A stretch of DNA of 64,000 nt from Anaerolineales bacterium (GCA_050012135.1 JBEKHT010000002.1:7268-71267); one strand, 5' to 3'; shown: positions 1 to 10,241, counted from the first letter of the stretch. Numbers and translations are program-made. Notes: a model not told the origin generated them from the sequence alone.

Positions 1-236
1 GCGGTCGGCCTGCGAGTGTTCTCCTGGCTTCAACGGCCGAAGAGGCCGTGAGGCTAGCCCTGGATGCCCCTGTCCCCGAAAGAGACAAGGCCGTGGAGGA
101 GAAGGCTCCCAGGGCGGGGTGGCGTCCGCCCGCACGCTAGTTCAATGGGACTCTCGCCGGGGAAGTCCCTCTTCGCCCGGCGCAGGGACCGGAACCGGGC
201 GGGCCCCGGCCATTGTCTCGGATTGGGAGGTGAGAA

Positions 237-581
237 CTGGACGCACTGATACTCGCGCGATCCCTCGTTGATGCGCTCGAGTCAAAGAAGGCCGAAGATG
301 TCGTCCTCCTGGATCTAAGGGGGAACTGCGTGTTTGCCGATTATTTTGTGATCTGCACGGGTTCGAGCGACCGCATGATCAAGGCCTTGGTAGAGGCAGC
401 CGTGGAGGCCGGGGAGAGGTCCCCGGGAGTTCGCGCGCGTAGAGAAGGCCGGCCCGAAGGAGGTTGGATCCTGGCGGACTTCGGCGAGGTCATCCTGCAT
501 GCCTTCTCCCCGGAGAAGCGCGAGTACTATGAATTGGAACGGCTGTGGAGCCAGGCTAAGGTCGTCGTTCGGATTCAGTAA
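237..581 (+). CDS. rsfS: Ribosomal silencing factor RsfS (iojap family)
   Basis: Track ORF 330..581 carries the RsfS core (ADYFVICTGSS, GGWILADFGEVILHAF). The frame stays open back to TGA 231-233 and encodes LDALILARSLVDALESKKAEDVVLLDL, a typical RsfS N-terminus, so GTG330 is too late. Only CTG237 or CTG246 follow the GGGAGG at 225-230, so the start codon is unresolved. Confidence 0.8.
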   Translation: MDALILARSLVDALESKKAEDVVLLDLRGNCVFADYFVICTGSSDRMIKALVEAAVEAGERSPGVRARREGRPEGGWILADFGEVILHAFSPEKREYYELERLWSQAKVVVRIQ

Positions 582-643
582 GGCGCCCGGATGTCTGCCA
601 ACCGGTGACCGCCCAAAGTCGGTGACACATCCTGTCGAACAAG

Positions 644-676
644 AAACCGAGCCTCTCTAGGAGAGGCTCGGTTTTG
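644..676. terminator. Bidirectional intrinsic terminator between convergent rsfS and ndk
   Basis: Perfect 14-bp inverted repeat AAACCGAGCCTCTC / GAGAGGCTCGGTTT (644-657 / 661-674) with a 3-nt loop. T-rich tails follow the stem on both strands. Confidence 0.6.
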
Positions 677-725
677 CTCCCGGGCGCCGGCAGGGCCATG
701 GTAAACCGCGGGACACGATCCAGCG

Positions 726-1175
726 CTATTCAAAGATCCAAGGATCGCTCGCGCGTTTCCAGGACACAAGCTCTTCCGGCTTGAAGAACAGGGGGATCTC
801 GTAAGTTGCCGTTTCGGCGCTGTCCGACCCGTGAACCAGATTCCGCCCTATCTCGACCCCGAAGTCGGCCCGCAGGCTGCCGGGGGCGGCTTCACCCGGT
901 CGGGTCGAGCCCATCGTCTGACGGGCCAGTGCTATGGCGTTCGGCCCCTCCAGCACCATCGCAGCGACAGGGGCGGAGGAGATGTAGGCGAGAAGCCCCT
1001 CGTAGAACGGCTTGCCTTTGTGCACGGCGTAGTGCCGCTCCGCAAGCGCACGGTCCACGTGCAGGAATTTGAGCCCAACCACCTTCAAGCCGCGCCTTTC
1101 AAAGCGGGCGATGACCTCCCCTATCAGGCCTCGCTGAACGCCGTCGGGTTTGACGAGGATGAGAGTTCGTTCCAC
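726..1175 (-). CDS. ndk: Nucleoside diphosphate kinase
   Basis: 149 aa. MERTLILVKPDGVQRGLIGEVIARFE N-terminus and active-site NLVHGSDS motif. Confidence 0.95.
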   Translation of the reverse strand: MERTLILVKPDGVQRGLIGEVIARFERRGLKVVGLKFLHVDRALAERHYAVHKGKPFYEGLLAYISSAPVAAMVLEGPNAIALARQTMGSTRPGEAAPGSLRADFGVEIGRNLVHGSDSAETATYEIPLFFKPEELVSWKRASDPWIFE

Positions 1176-1277
1176 GAGATTCCTCCGCGGGAATTGGGTA
1201 AGGGAAGCTGGGCAGATCGGCAGCCGGCCGATTCTATCAGAACGAGCCGCCAGCGGTTGGGGACCCGGCCCGGGAGC

Positions 1278-2927
1278 CTAATGACCCAGCCCGAGTTCCT
1301 CGGGCGCCACCGGAGAGGACAACTGGTAGAAGACGTCGAAGTCACCGATCTGCTTCTCCCTGAAGGATAGGCCCATCTGATCGAAGCGGGTGCGCAGCAG
1401 GACATCCAGAGGGCCATTCCCAATCGTGATATAGGCGACCGTTGGGCTGGATCGAACCGAGGTGTCATAGGGAGCATATCGATCGTCTCTCACAGAATAG
1501 CGCAGGTCCAGGTGGTAGGGCAACCTGGCGGTGAATACCAGCCGTTCCTGGGATAGGAAAGCCAGCGGGTAGGCGACCCAGTAGTTGGTGTATCCGCGCG
1601 TTTCCCCTTGTTGTTCGAGGAATTGCTGGAGGGCGGGGAGCTCGCGCATGTCGACCTGCGCCTCGCGGTCAAACTGGGTGGTGATTCCAGGAGGATTAGT
1701 GAGGGCTGCCTGAAGAGTGCTGGTGACATTGAACACGACGATCAGAAGAACGGCGATTTCGCCCCAATGTGCCCGTTGAGCATTGAGCCAGAGCGCGAAC
1801 TGGGCGCTGGTCAGGGCCAGGAGGAGTCCGAGGGGAAGAAAATAGCGTCCGCTGGGGTCAGATCCGAAGGGGGTGGCAAGGAAAGCGGCGATCAGCACGA
1901 CCCCGACCGCGAACAATGTCCAGCGGGCGGCGCGGTATTCGTCCCGGCGGCGAAGCTGGGTCAGCCCGAACACGAGAACCCCAAGATCCACAGCGGTCAC
2001 CAAAGGCAGCAAGGGTGGGGCGAGTAACTGGGTGCTCCAGGGAGGACGGAGGCCGAAGACCACCGTGGGGGTGAAGAGCACGAGATTCAGGATCCGTCCC
2101 GCGACCTGACCAAGAAGGGGCCCTGCGGAAACCCCGGCCAGGGCGCTCCCCAGGAGCTCGCGGAAGGCGGACGCGCCGAGTTGGTGCCACCCGACCAGCC
2201 AGGGGATGGCACCGATCAGGGCGCTGGCGAGAAATATGCAAGCGTTGAATGCCGTCTTCAGGAGAGAAGTGCGCCGGAGGGTGCTTGCCAGGGCCAAGAA
2301 CAACGAGGGGAGCGCAAAGACCAGGGAAAGGGGAAAGACCCAGACCCCCAGGCCGCTCAGGAATCCCAATAGGACCCATCTCGAGCAGGAAGGGCCGCGG
2401 CGGTCCATGCGCAGACCCAGCCAGAGGGCCAGCGACCCGATCAGCAGGGCCTCTCCATAACCTCCCAGGCTGACCGTCGTGTAGAGGGTCAGGTTCACGG
2501 TGGGGAGGGCCAGGAGCAGCGCGGCGGCCCAACCGAGGCGAGGAATGCGGAACACCTCGCGCAGGGCGAGGTAAAGCGCGCCAATCGTTCCACAGTAGAG
2601 CAAGGCTTGAACGAGGCGCAGAACGAGGACGTGCTCACCAAAGGCCCAGAACCCAGCGGCGACCAGATAGGCGTCGAGGCTCCCCATGTAGGCTTGGCCG
2701 TAGAAGAAGAGGGGCCGCTCGCCCTTCAAGATGTGACGCGCCATCAGCGCCACCACGGCTTCGTCCGCATTAAAGGGAAACGCTCCTTCAGAAAGCAGCA
2801 GCAGCTTCCAAAGGAGTGCGAGAGCCAGGGGCAGGACAAGTGCGACCGGTTTGTCTAGCCATTGGCCCACCCGTATAATGGCGCCTATGTCCCGACGAGG
2901 CTGGCTGCTCGTCTCCGCCTCACTCAT
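1278..2927 (-). CDS. Polytopic membrane protein, GT-C fold glycosyltransferase (ArnT/PMT-like)
   Basis: Track ORF 1278..2987. Many hydrophobic spans, an acidic first-loop motif FPFNADEAVVALMARHIL, and a C-terminal soluble domain. Start unresolved: ATG 2927 or GTG 2870. The 2987 start would overlap the divergent gene by about 100 nt. Confidence 0.6.
   Translation of the reverse strand: MSEAETSSQPRRDIGAIIRVGQWLDKPVALVLPLALALLWKLLLLSEGAFPFNADEAVVALMARHILKGERPLFFYGQAYMGSLDAYLVAAGFWAFGEHVLVLRLVQALLYCGTIGALYLALREVFRIPRLGWAAALLLALPTVNLTLYTTVSLGGYGEALLIGSLALWLGLRMDRRGPSCSRWVLLGFLSGLGVWVFPLSLVFALPSLFLALASTLRRTSLLKTAFNACIFLASALIGAIPWLVGWHQLGASAFRELLGSALAGVSAGPLLGQVAGRILNLVLFTPTVVFGLRPPWSTQLLAPPLLPLVTAVDLGVLVFGLTQLRRRDEYRAARWTLFAVGVVLIAAFLATPFGSDPSGRYFLPLGLLLALTSAQFALWLNAQRAHWGEIAVLLIVVFNVTSTLQAALTNPPGITTQFDREAQVDMRELPALQQFLEQQGETRGYTNYWVAYPLAFLSQERLVFTARLPYHLDLRYSVRDDRYAPYDTSVRSSPTVAYITIGNGPLDVLLRTRFDQMGLSFREKQIGDFDVFYQLSSPVAPEELGLGH
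2851..2879 (+). promoter_or_regulatory. Sigma-70-like promoter (TTGTCT-17 nt-TATAAT) placed 7 nt before ATG 2887
   Basis: -35 TTGTCT at 2851-2856, 17-nt spacer, -10 TATAAT at 2874-2879. No Shine-Dalgarno sequence fits between the -10 and the ATG, so a leaderless mRNA is likely. Confidence 0.45.
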
Positions 2928-4452
2928 TCTCATTGCCATCCTTGCGCGCGTCGTGCCTGGTCCCCGGACCATCGATGACGCCTTCATTACTTTCCGCTAC
3001 ACACGCAATCTGCTTCTGGGCAGGGGCCTGGTCTTCAACCCAGGCGAGCGCGTTCTCGGAACCACGACCCCCTTGTACGCTCTGCTTCTTTCCCTCCTGG
3101 GCTTGCCCTTCGGGGGCCCGACGGCTCCCTTCGAGTCCATCTCCGCTTGGCTCAATGCCTTGCTTGATGCGGCCACCTGCGTTCTTCTCCTCAGGCTTGG
3201 CAGAAAACTAGGGTCACCCGGTTCAGGTGCCGTCACCGCGGCCATCTGGGCGGTTGCCCCCATGAGTGTGACCTTCGCCATAGGGGGCATGGAGACCAGC
3301 CTGTACGTGTTCCTGCTGGTCCTGTCGTATCTGTTCTACCTTGAAGATCAGTTGACTGCAGTGGCCGCCGTCTTGGGTCTGGCGTTCTTGACCAGGCCGG
3401 ATGCGCTCTTGCTGGCTCTGCCGGTCGGGATTGACGTGTGCCGCCGGGCGCTTTCCAGGTTCGCAGACCAAGCTCTCCGCCGCAGGCTCCTCCACGCGAT
3501 CCTCGTGGGCGCGGTCGTGGTCCTGCCCTGGATCATCTTTGCCCTTCTCTACTACGGGTCGCCGATACCGAACTCTCTCTTGGCCAAGAGGGTAGCCTAC
3601 TACCTGCCTCCCGAAGCGGCCCTGGTCCGGCTCCTGCAGCAACTGGGGACCCCTTTCTTTGAGGACCTGACCCTGGGAACCTCATGGATCGGGGTGGGAT
3701 TGGTCCTGTACACCTTCGTTTCTCTCTTGGCGCTTGTGCGGACCGTCAAGCAGGCTCCCCGATCGTGGCCGGGCCTGGTCTTTCCCTGGTTGTATTCGGC
3801 CGTGTTCGCCGCAGCGAACCCGTTGATCTTCCGCTGGTATCTGACCCCACCCTTACCATTCTACATACTTTCCATCGTGTTGGGCTTTCGTTACCTCACC
3901 GCCGACCTAGGGCAACTTCTGGAGAGACTCAAGATCCTCCAACGGCCGCGGTGGCTGGGGCGGGCCGGCCTAGCCGCTCTGACGATCCTGCCCCTCGCTC
4001 TCTCCCTGCGCGCCTGGGACCTGCACCCAGACCACGGCCCGGACCATCCCGCGCCGGACATGGCATGGATCCGGCTGGAGTTGGTCTATGAGGACGCAGC
4101 CGACTACCTCTTGCCTCAGCTCGAGCCGGGAGATCGGATCGCGGCCGGAGATGTAGGCGTGCTGGGCTTCCGAACGGATGCGATCATTCTGGACACGGTC
4201 GGGCTGAACACCCCCCAAGCAGCAACGTATTACCCTCTTCCGAAGTCCTTGTACGCCATCAACTACGCGGTGGCTCCCGATTTCATCATGTCCGCCCGGC
4301 CTCGGTTCGTTGTGATTCTTGAGATCTACGGGCGCAACGGCCTGCTGCGAGATCCCCGCTTCCTGGAAAGCTACTCCCTCCTGCACACCTTCCCAACGGA
4401 TATGTACGGGAGTCACGGGCTCTTGGTCTTCGAACGCAAGAGCATTCCCTGA
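2887..4452 (+). CDS. Polytopic membrane protein, GT-C fold glycosyltransferase
   Basis: Track ORF 2851..4452. ATG 2887 gives MSRRGWLLVSASLILIAIL (TM1), followed by the acidic loop motif TIDDAFITFRYTRNL. Multiple TM spans and a C-terminal soluble domain. Confidence 0.65.
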   Translation: MSRRGWLLVSASLILIAILARVVPGPRTIDDAFITFRYTRNLLLGRGLVFNPGERVLGTTTPLYALLLSLLGLPFGGPTAPFESISAWLNALLDAATCVLLLRLGRKLGSPGSGAVTAAIWAVAPMSVTFAIGGMETSLYVFLLVLSYLFYLEDQLTAVAAVLGLAFLTRPDALLLALPVGIDVCRRALSRFADQALRRRLLHAILVGAVVVLPWIIFALLYYGSPIPNSLLAKRVAYYLPPEAALVRLLQQLGTPFFEDLTLGTSWIGVGLVLYTFVSLLALVRTVKQAPRSWPGLVFPWLYSAVFAAANPLIFRWYLTPPLPFYILSIVLGFRYLTADLGQLLERLKILQRPRWLGRAGLAALTILPLALSLRAWDLHPDHGPDHPAPDMAWIRLELVYEDAADYLLPQLEPGDRIAAGDVGVLGFRTDAIILDTVGLNTPQAATYYPLPKSLYAINYAVAPDFIMSARPRFVVILEIYGRNGLLRDPRFLESYSLLHTFPTDMYGSHGLLVFERKSIP

Positions 4453-4453
4453 C

Positions 4454-5941
4454 ATGGCTCAGCGAGAAGAAGATCGTCAAAAGAAGATCGCCGAGGAACC
4501 TGGGATGGGGACCGGAGTAATCCCAGCAAAGGGCAGAATCCTCTCCTGGGTGGCTGTGGCCCTGGTCCTGGCAGCCCTCGGGGCTTATGTCCTCGCGGGA
4601 GTCGCCACAGTCCCCTTCCATCCCGATGAGACGACCTGGCTCTACATGAGTTCGGACTTGGGTGTGCTCCTTCAGGGAAGGGTTGCGAATCTTTGCTATC
4701 AGCCTGGGAAAACTCCCGATGGGAAAGTCCTCGAGCGCTTGCGGACGGCCGGGCTACCCCGATATGTGATCGGTGTTGCAGATTTCTTGCTGGGTGTTCC
4801 TGGCTCTGCGGTGCGGGCCGATTGGAACTGGAGCCTGAGTTGGGAGGGGAACGCAGAGGCCGGCGCGGTTCCCGGGTCCACGGCGCTCTTTGCGGGGCGA
4901 CTGGCGATGGCCTTGGCCGTCGTCCTGGCGTTGGTTCTGGTGTTTGGGATGGGGACCCAACTGGGAGGTCGCTCGGCGGGGCTTCTGGCCGCAGTCGCTT
5001 TCGGTTCGAACGCCCTGGTTCTCCTTCACGGAAGAAGAGCAATGAGCGAAGGGCTGCTCTTGCTCACCACCAGCCTGGCTGCCTGGGCTGCAATGAAATG
5101 GTCCTCGAGGCCGGCGGCCCAGGGAGGAGCGCTCGGTCTGGCCGCTGCCGCCAAGCACACCGGTTTCGCGATCCTACCAGTTTCCTTGGCTTCCCTGCTG
5201 TGGGGGGCCGAGTCGCAGGCGCGCTCGGGTCCACGGGGCCCGAGCGCGCCCGCGCCGCGCCAGCCAGGGGCGCGGTGGCCGCGATCCGCTGTGGGGGCAG
5301 GAGTGATTCTCGTCACCTCGATCGCGGTCTTTGGCCTCTTCAATCCGGTCGGCTGGTGCCATCCGGTTTCGGCCGTGTCCGCCGCCTTTGCTGAGAGGGG
5401 GCGCTTGCTTACGGCGCAGACTCAGATGCTTTCTCAGGCTATTCCGGACGAAGTCGTGCTCACCCCTCGAGCCCGCCTGGTTGCCCTTGTCAATCAAACC
5501 TTCTTTGCTCCGCCTGCTTTCTGGGACATTCCGAACTACGCGGCCCAGACCGCCGGGCAAGAGCAGGCCTATCTTGCGGCGATCTGGGGGGGACTGCCCA
5601 GGACGGTCGGCCTGGGCACCGCCGCGCTTTTCCTGGTGCTTCTGGGGCTTGCCTACAGCTTGCGGACGGTTGGGATCCCTTGGCGGCGGCGTGGGCCTGC
5701 GGCCAGGGAGGGGGAAGGCACTCGCCGCGCGATGGTCCTCTTGATCGTGTGGACGGGGTCGACAGCTCTCGCAATCCTCGTGGCCTTGCCGATCCAGTGG
5801 CAGCGCTACTACGTCCCGCTTCTGCCGGAGATTTCACTGTTGGAAGCGCTGGGCCTCGTCGCGCTGGGCAAATTCGCGGCGGCCTTGTGCAACAGGCGAG
5901 TCCAGGAGGGCGGTCCCTGTGCCGGAAGCGGAAGAGGGTAA
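4454..5941 (+). CDS. Polytopic membrane protein, GT-C fold glycosyltransferase (PMT_2-like)
   Basis: In-frame ATG 4454 lies 1 nt after the upstream stop (4450-4452). TM1 is followed by VPFHPDETTWLYMS. Multiple TM spans. The track start 4319 lies inside the upstream gene. Confidence 0.65.
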   Translation: MAQREEDRQKKIAEEPGMGTGVIPAKGRILSWVAVALVLAALGAYVLAGVATVPFHPDETTWLYMSSDLGVLLQGRVANLCYQPGKTPDGKVLERLRTAGLPRYVIGVADFLLGVPGSAVRADWNWSLSWEGNAEAGAVPGSTALFAGRLAMALAVVLALVLVFGMGTQLGGRSAGLLAAVAFGSNALVLLHGRRAMSEGLLLLTTSLAAWAAMKWSSRPAAQGGALGLAAAAKHTGFAILPVSLASLLWGAESQARSGPRGPSAPAPRQPGARWPRSAVGAGVILVTSIAVFGLFNPVGWCHPVSAVSAAFAERGRLLTAQTQMLSQAIPDEVVLTPRARLVALVNQTFFAPPAFWDIPNYAAQTAGQEQAYLAAIWGGLPRTVGLGTAALFLVLLGLAYSLRTVGIPWRRRGPAAREGEGTRRAMVLLIVWTGSTALAILVALPIQWQRYYVPLLPEISLLEALGLVALGKFAAALCNRRVQEGGPCAGSGRG

Positions 5942-6041
5942 TCGATCGAGGCGCCGCGGACTGGAATCCCCGGTTTGAATTGTTCGAGCGATCCAAAACG
6001 AAGTATTGCCTGCTGGAGGAGTTGCGTCCAAGGAGGAAGGC

Positions 6042-6074
6042 AAAAAAAAGACGGGCGGACGACTCAGTCCGCCC
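6042..6074 (-). terminator. Intrinsic terminator of rpoD
   Basis: On the - strand: GGGCGGAC-TGAGTC-GTCCGCCC hairpin (6053-6074) followed by eight U (A-run 6042-6049 on +), 34 nt after the rpoD stop. Confidence 0.7.
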
Positions 6075-6107
6075 GCGCGCTTGCCCGCGGAAATCCCGGC
6101 CGCGCTT

Positions 6108-7625
6108 CTATTCGGTGATGTAATCCCGCAGCTTACGCCGGTGAGTCGGGTGCCGGAGTCGGCTCAAGGCCTGGGCCTCGATTTGGCGCACGCGTTCGCG
6201 GGTGACCCCCATCTTGCGGCCCACCTCCTCGAGTGTGTATGACTGCCCATCCAGGAGCCCGTAGCGAAGCTGCAGGATCCTCACCTCGCGAGGGGGCAGC
6301 GAACTCAACACCTCTTCGAGCTGCTCGCGCAAGAGATTGCGGGTGGCAGCCTCCGAGGGGGCGGGAGATTCCTCGTCCTCGATGAAATCCCCCAGCACCG
6401 AGTCCTCTTCCTCGTCCGTCGGAGTCTCGAGGGAGATCGGCCGGCGGGCCACCTGGATCATATTCTCCACTTTCTTGGAGCTGACCCCCAAGACCACACC
6501 CAACTCCTCGGGGGAGGGGTCGCGGCCCAACTCCTGGGTCAGCTGATGCGAGACGCGCAGCAGCTTGTTGATTTGGTCGCCCATGTGGACCGGCACTCGA
6601 ATGGTGCGGCCCTGGTCAGCGATCGCGCGAGTCACCGCCTGGCGGATCCACCAGGTGGCATAGGTCGAGAACTTGTGGCCTCGGCGGTAGTCGAACTTTT
6701 TCGCGGCGCGGATCAGGCCGATGTTCCCCTCTTGGATCAAGTCGAGGAAGGGGACGCCGCGCCCCATGTACTTCTTGGCCACGCTGATCACCAGGCGCGA
6801 ATTCGCCGTGATGAGATGCTCGCGGGCCCCCCAGCCGTCCTCGATGAGACGTTGCAAATCGATGGAGCGCTCGGGGTCACTGACCCCACGAGCCAGGGAT
6901 TCCCGGGCCAGCTTGCCGCGTTCGATGCGTTTTGCTAAGGATACCTCTTCCGGCGCGGTCAGCAGAGGCACCCGGCCGACTTCCTTCAGGTACAGGCCGA
7001 TCGTGTCATCGGCATCGATGGCCGACAGGTAGGCGTCATCTTGGATGAGCTCGCCAGTGATGGGGATTTCCTCTTCCACTTCGGCGAGTTCTTCGTCTCC
7101 CGGCTCGGCTTCGGTCACTTCGCTGGTGTCGAAGATCTCGATCCCTGCGCTCATCAAGGCGGCGTAGGCCTCTTCCAGTTGGTCGATGTCCCGCTCCGCT
7201 TCTGGGAAGAAGCGCAGGACATCGTCGATGGTGACGAACCCCTTCTGCTTGCCGACCTCGATCAGCGCGGCCATCGAAGGGTGCTCCTCGTCGATGGGGA
7301 GCAGATCTTCCAGCGGGGCGGCCTGAAGGGTTGCCGCCGCGTTGAGCTTGGCTTCGCTTCGTTTCTTGCCGTTCTTGCGGACGATGAGAGTACCCGCCCG
7401 GCCGCGGAGAATTGCGCGTCTTCCTCCGCCCTTCGGGTTGGAGCTTTCTGCCCACTTTCCGCCCTGAAAGGAGAGTTGGATCGCTCTTCGGTTGGGTCTC
7501 ATTTCCAAGCGGCCTAAGGCGGAACGGGAGCGAGCGCTCCTGGCGCCGTTCGAGGCTGAACCCGTATCCTTTCCTGCCATGGGTCGCGCATTCTTGCGCG
7601 CCTGATTCCGCTCTTTCTCAGTCAT
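6108..7625 (-). CDS. rpoD: Primary RNA polymerase sigma factor (sigma-70) with a basic N-terminal extension
   Basis: [38 protein letters not shown] and region 4.2 [21 protein letters not shown] 7625 preferred over the track TTG 7634. Confidence 0.9.
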   Translation of the reverse strand: MTEKERNQARKNARPMAGKDTGSASNGARSARSRSALGRLEMRPNRRAIQLSFQGGKWAESSNPKGGGRRAILRGRAGTLIVRKNGKKRSEAKLNAAATLQAAPLEDLLPIDEEHPSMAALIEVGKQKGFVTIDDVLRFFPEAERDIDQLEEAYAALMSAGIEIFDTSEVTEAEPGDEELAEVEEEIPITGELIQDDAYLSAIDADDTIGLYLKEVGRVPLLTAPEEVSLAKRIERGKLARESLARGVSDPERSIDLQRLIEDGWGAREHLITANSRLVISVAKKYMGRGVPFLDLIQEGNIGLIRAAKKFDYRRGHKFSTYATWWIRQAVTRAIADQGRTIRVPVHMGDQINKLLRVSHQLTQELGRDPSPEELGVVLGVSSKKVENMIQVARRPISLETPTDEEEDSVLGDFIEDEESPAPSEAATRNLLREQLEEVLSSLPPREVRILQLRYGLLDGQSYTLEEVGRKMGVTRERVRQIEAQALSRLRHPTHRRKLRDYITE

Positions 7626-7873
7626 TCCCGCCAACTTCTTTCTCCGTCATACCGGCCAGCGACAACTTCTCCCTTGAATCTCCCCGATCCTCACCCGAAT
7701 AGACCGGGTCTTATCAGAATACATCCGAAAATACCGACGTGCAATACCTTCCTCCCCGGGAGAGGATTTGCCCGTTTTCTGGACCCTGAGACTCACGCAA
7801 GTCTCAGGTATGGGTTGTGCGGGAACGGACCCTTGGTCGCCACCCTGCAAGCGGGCCAGATGGCTTCCCCTTG

Positions 7874-8569
7874 TCAAGGGGCGGTTGGGCTGACCAGAGG
7901 CGTGTCCGTTACGGCGGGCGAAGTCGCGGTCGGTGTTCCCGTTTCCGTGGGGGTGGCCGTCGCGGTCAGCGTGGGCGTTGGCGATTCGGCCGGGGTGGCA
8001 GTTGCCGGAAGGGGTAGCTGATTCAGGAACGCGATGACGCTGTTTAGGGAAGTCGGATCCACGATCAGAATCCTGGAGTCCCCCTTCTCGCGAACGTAGT
8101 ACCCTGAGCTGGTCGGGGTGGGAGCTCCGATCTCAAGGATGTACGTTTGGCTGCTAGTCTTGAGCGTGAGCTCATAGTGCGGTTTATCGATGCCAAACAC
8201 GCTCGCCTCAAGCCCGGTTCCCAGATTGGTCAAGATGGACAACGAGCTGACCTGGGAAACCGCCGCTTCCACGGCGCCCGTATCCGCCGCCTCGTCTTGG
8301 GGCGCAGTGATCTGCCACGTGCCGTCCTCTTGCCGCTGCAGGATCACATTCTTGGCTTGCTGCAGGTCGCTGATTTGCAGCGACTGGACCTTGGACGAGT
8401 CAAAAGACCAGAGCTCTTGAACGCTCGAGGTGGCCGTGGGAGCGGGTGCCACGATGGAGTGCCCGACGATCCGCGAGATGCCTTGGACGAACCAGCCTTG
8501 CACGATCCCCGCAGTGATCAGGAGAACGGCCAGGAGGATCAGCAGGGCGAACGTTGTGCGTCGATCCAT
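7874..8569 (-). CDS. DUF4340-like membrane-anchored protein with Thr/Pro-rich C-terminal tail
   Basis: N-terminal signal anchor MDRRTTFALLILLAVLLITAGIV. Sits directly after a GldG-like gene, the usual GldG/DUF4340 pairing. The last ~45 aa are PTATATP-type low complexity. Confidence 0.6.
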   Translation of the reverse strand: MDRRTTFALLILLAVLLITAGIVQGWFVQGISRIVGHSIVAPAPTATSSVQELWSFDSSKVQSLQISDLQQAKNVILQRQEDGTWQITAPQDEAADTGAVEAAVSQVSSLSILTNLGTGLEASVFGIDKPHYELTLKTSSQTYILEIGAPTPTSSGYYVREKGDSRILIVDPTSLNSVIAFLNQLPLPATATPAESPTPTLTATATPTETGTPTATSPAVTDTPLVSPTAP

Positions 8570-8630
8570 GATGGTTACCCGCCTTCACAGAGCGATCTTA
8601 ACGAGACGACCCCTTCGCGGAGAGGCGCGC

Positions 8631-10241
8631 CTATTGATGGCGACGCCGGGAGAACCAGACTAGGCCCCCCGCCACGACGAACACGCCCGGCAGCAGCAGA
8701 ATACTCGACAGGGCAATCGCGTTCATGACCGGGGCGGAAGGCGGAACCAGAAAGCTGGTGCTGGGTGTCCGCGGGGTCAGGTTGATCAGATTCCCCTGTT
8801 GGGACGCCCAGTCGATGCTGTTCACCAACAGCTTCCCATTCGCGTAGGCCCCAAAGTTGACGTTGCGCCCGAAGAACGAATCCCCCAAGACGACCAGGCG
8901 AGAGTTCATCTGGGCGGACTGTGCGGTCGCGGCCACGGTCAGAGGGCCGGCCAGATCCACCTTGGGGTCATAGGAGGGCGGATTGTTCTTGAGGGCAGCC
9001 AAGTCCATTTCACCCCAGGCCTGCGGCCCGGTTTGCACCAGGGCTATCTGGGTGATGTCCGAGTTCGGAGCCTTGAGCTCGAGGCTGCGAGCGTTGGGAA
9101 AGATGCTCACGGTCTGCAGCAGTTTGTCCGTGATGGTGCTCGATCCGTAGCTTGCCGCGATCGCATCAAAGCCGGATTGGGAACTCGTGTCGACGATGAT
9201 GTCGTTGTCCAGGGTGATCCCCCAAGTGTTGGAAAGGTAGTCTGCGAGGGGATCCGCTGAGGCCCCAGAATTCGTAACCACCGTGGGGTCCTCCATAATT
9301 ACGACTCCCCCGCCTTTCTGCAGGTAGGCCGAAATCGCGTCCACTTCCGACGGTTGCAGGGGTTCCTGCGGTCCGGCGATTACGAGAGCCTTGGCGTCCG
9401 CAGGGACGGTCTTGTCCACCAGCAGGTTGAGGGTGGCGTTGCTGTAGCCTTGGGCCTTGAGCAGGCCAGCCGCCTGGCCCATCCCCGGGTCGTCGCTGCT
9501 GGTTGAGTCGGCCTCCCCGTGACCCACCAGAAAGTAGACTTTGCGGACCCCGGGGTTCGAGAGCTGGACCAGGGCCGTGGTGAGATCGGTTTCGGACGGG
9601 AGGTTGAGAGACTGGCTGCGGCCGTCCATGACGACGACCACCGTCCCGTCCTGGGTGATATTGTCCTGCGTGGCTTGGGCCGGGTTTGCGTTCGGGTCAA
9701 TGAAATGGTAGGAGAACTTGCTGCGCGCCGCGTTCTGGTCCTCATCAAACAGATGACGGGCCGTTGCCGCCTCGCTGGATAAGCTCGTCGAGTAGTAGGC
9801 CCGCAGCTGCACGGGTTCGGGCAGAGCCGCCAGGGTACGCAGGGTCTCAGGCGCGAGGGTGTTCACCTGATTCTGGGTGAGATCCCATTGCTTGTTGTGA
9901 TCGAACGAGAGCCAGTTGACCACCACCAGGATCGCCAGGAAGGCCAGGCTCATCAGGACGACGTTGCTGCCATAGCGGGCTTGCCGCCCTCCCAGCCACT
10001 GCAAGACCCGCTCGGGGTCCCACAGAATGAATGCCAGGATGCCGAGGATCCCCACGGCCAGCGACACGAGCACATAGGTGTTCATGGTGCGCTGCAGGAA
10101 ATACAGCACGCCACAGACGACGAGCGCCAGGATTCCGACCGCCAGGAAGTAGGGGCCCAGGCTGCGCCAGTTGGCCTCCTGGAAGAACTGCCAGGGCGAA
10201 GGTCTGGTCTTTGGCTGCTTGGGAGAGGATGCGGGGGGCAT
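8631..10241 (-). CDS. GldG-like ABC-transporter auxiliary component
   Basis: About 536 aa with N- and C-terminal TM anchors and a large extracytoplasmic domain. ATG 10241 overlaps the upstream permease stop in a TAATG junction. Confidence 0.75.
   Translation of the reverse strand: MPPASSPKQPKTRPSPWQFFQEANWRSLGPYFLAVGILALVVCGVLYFLQRTMNTYVLVSLAVGILGILAFILWDPERVLQWLGGRQARYGSNVVLMSLAFLAILVVVNWLSFDHNKQWDLTQNQVNTLAPETLRTLAALPEPVQLRAYYSTSLSSEAATARHLFDEDQNAARSKFSYHFIDPNANPAQATQDNITQDGTVVVVMDGRSQSLNLPSETDLTTALVQLSNPGVRKVYFLVGHGEADSTSSDDPGMGQAAGLLKAQGYSNATLNLLVDKTVPADAKALVIAGPQEPLQPSEVDAISAYLQKGGGVVIMEDPTVVTNSGASADPLADYLSNTWGITLDNDIIVDTSSQSGFDAIAASYGSSTITDKLLQTVSIFPNARSLELKAPNSDITQIALVQTGPQAWGEMDLAALKNNPPSYDPKVDLAGPLTVAATAQSAQMNSRLVVLGDSFFGRNVNFGAYANGKLLVNSIDWASQQGNLINLTPRTPSTSFLVPPSAPVMNAIALSSILLLPGVFVVAGGLVWFSRRRHQ

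Noticed and set aside
64-249. 61-aa ORF at the window start, and a possible 3' end of an upstream gene in frame 3 (stop at 138-140).
   Set aside because: The 64..249 ORF is Arg-rich junk. The frame-3 tail (…LLASTAEEAVRLALDAPVPERDK…) is plausible, but it is too short and lacks its start, so it cannot be called.
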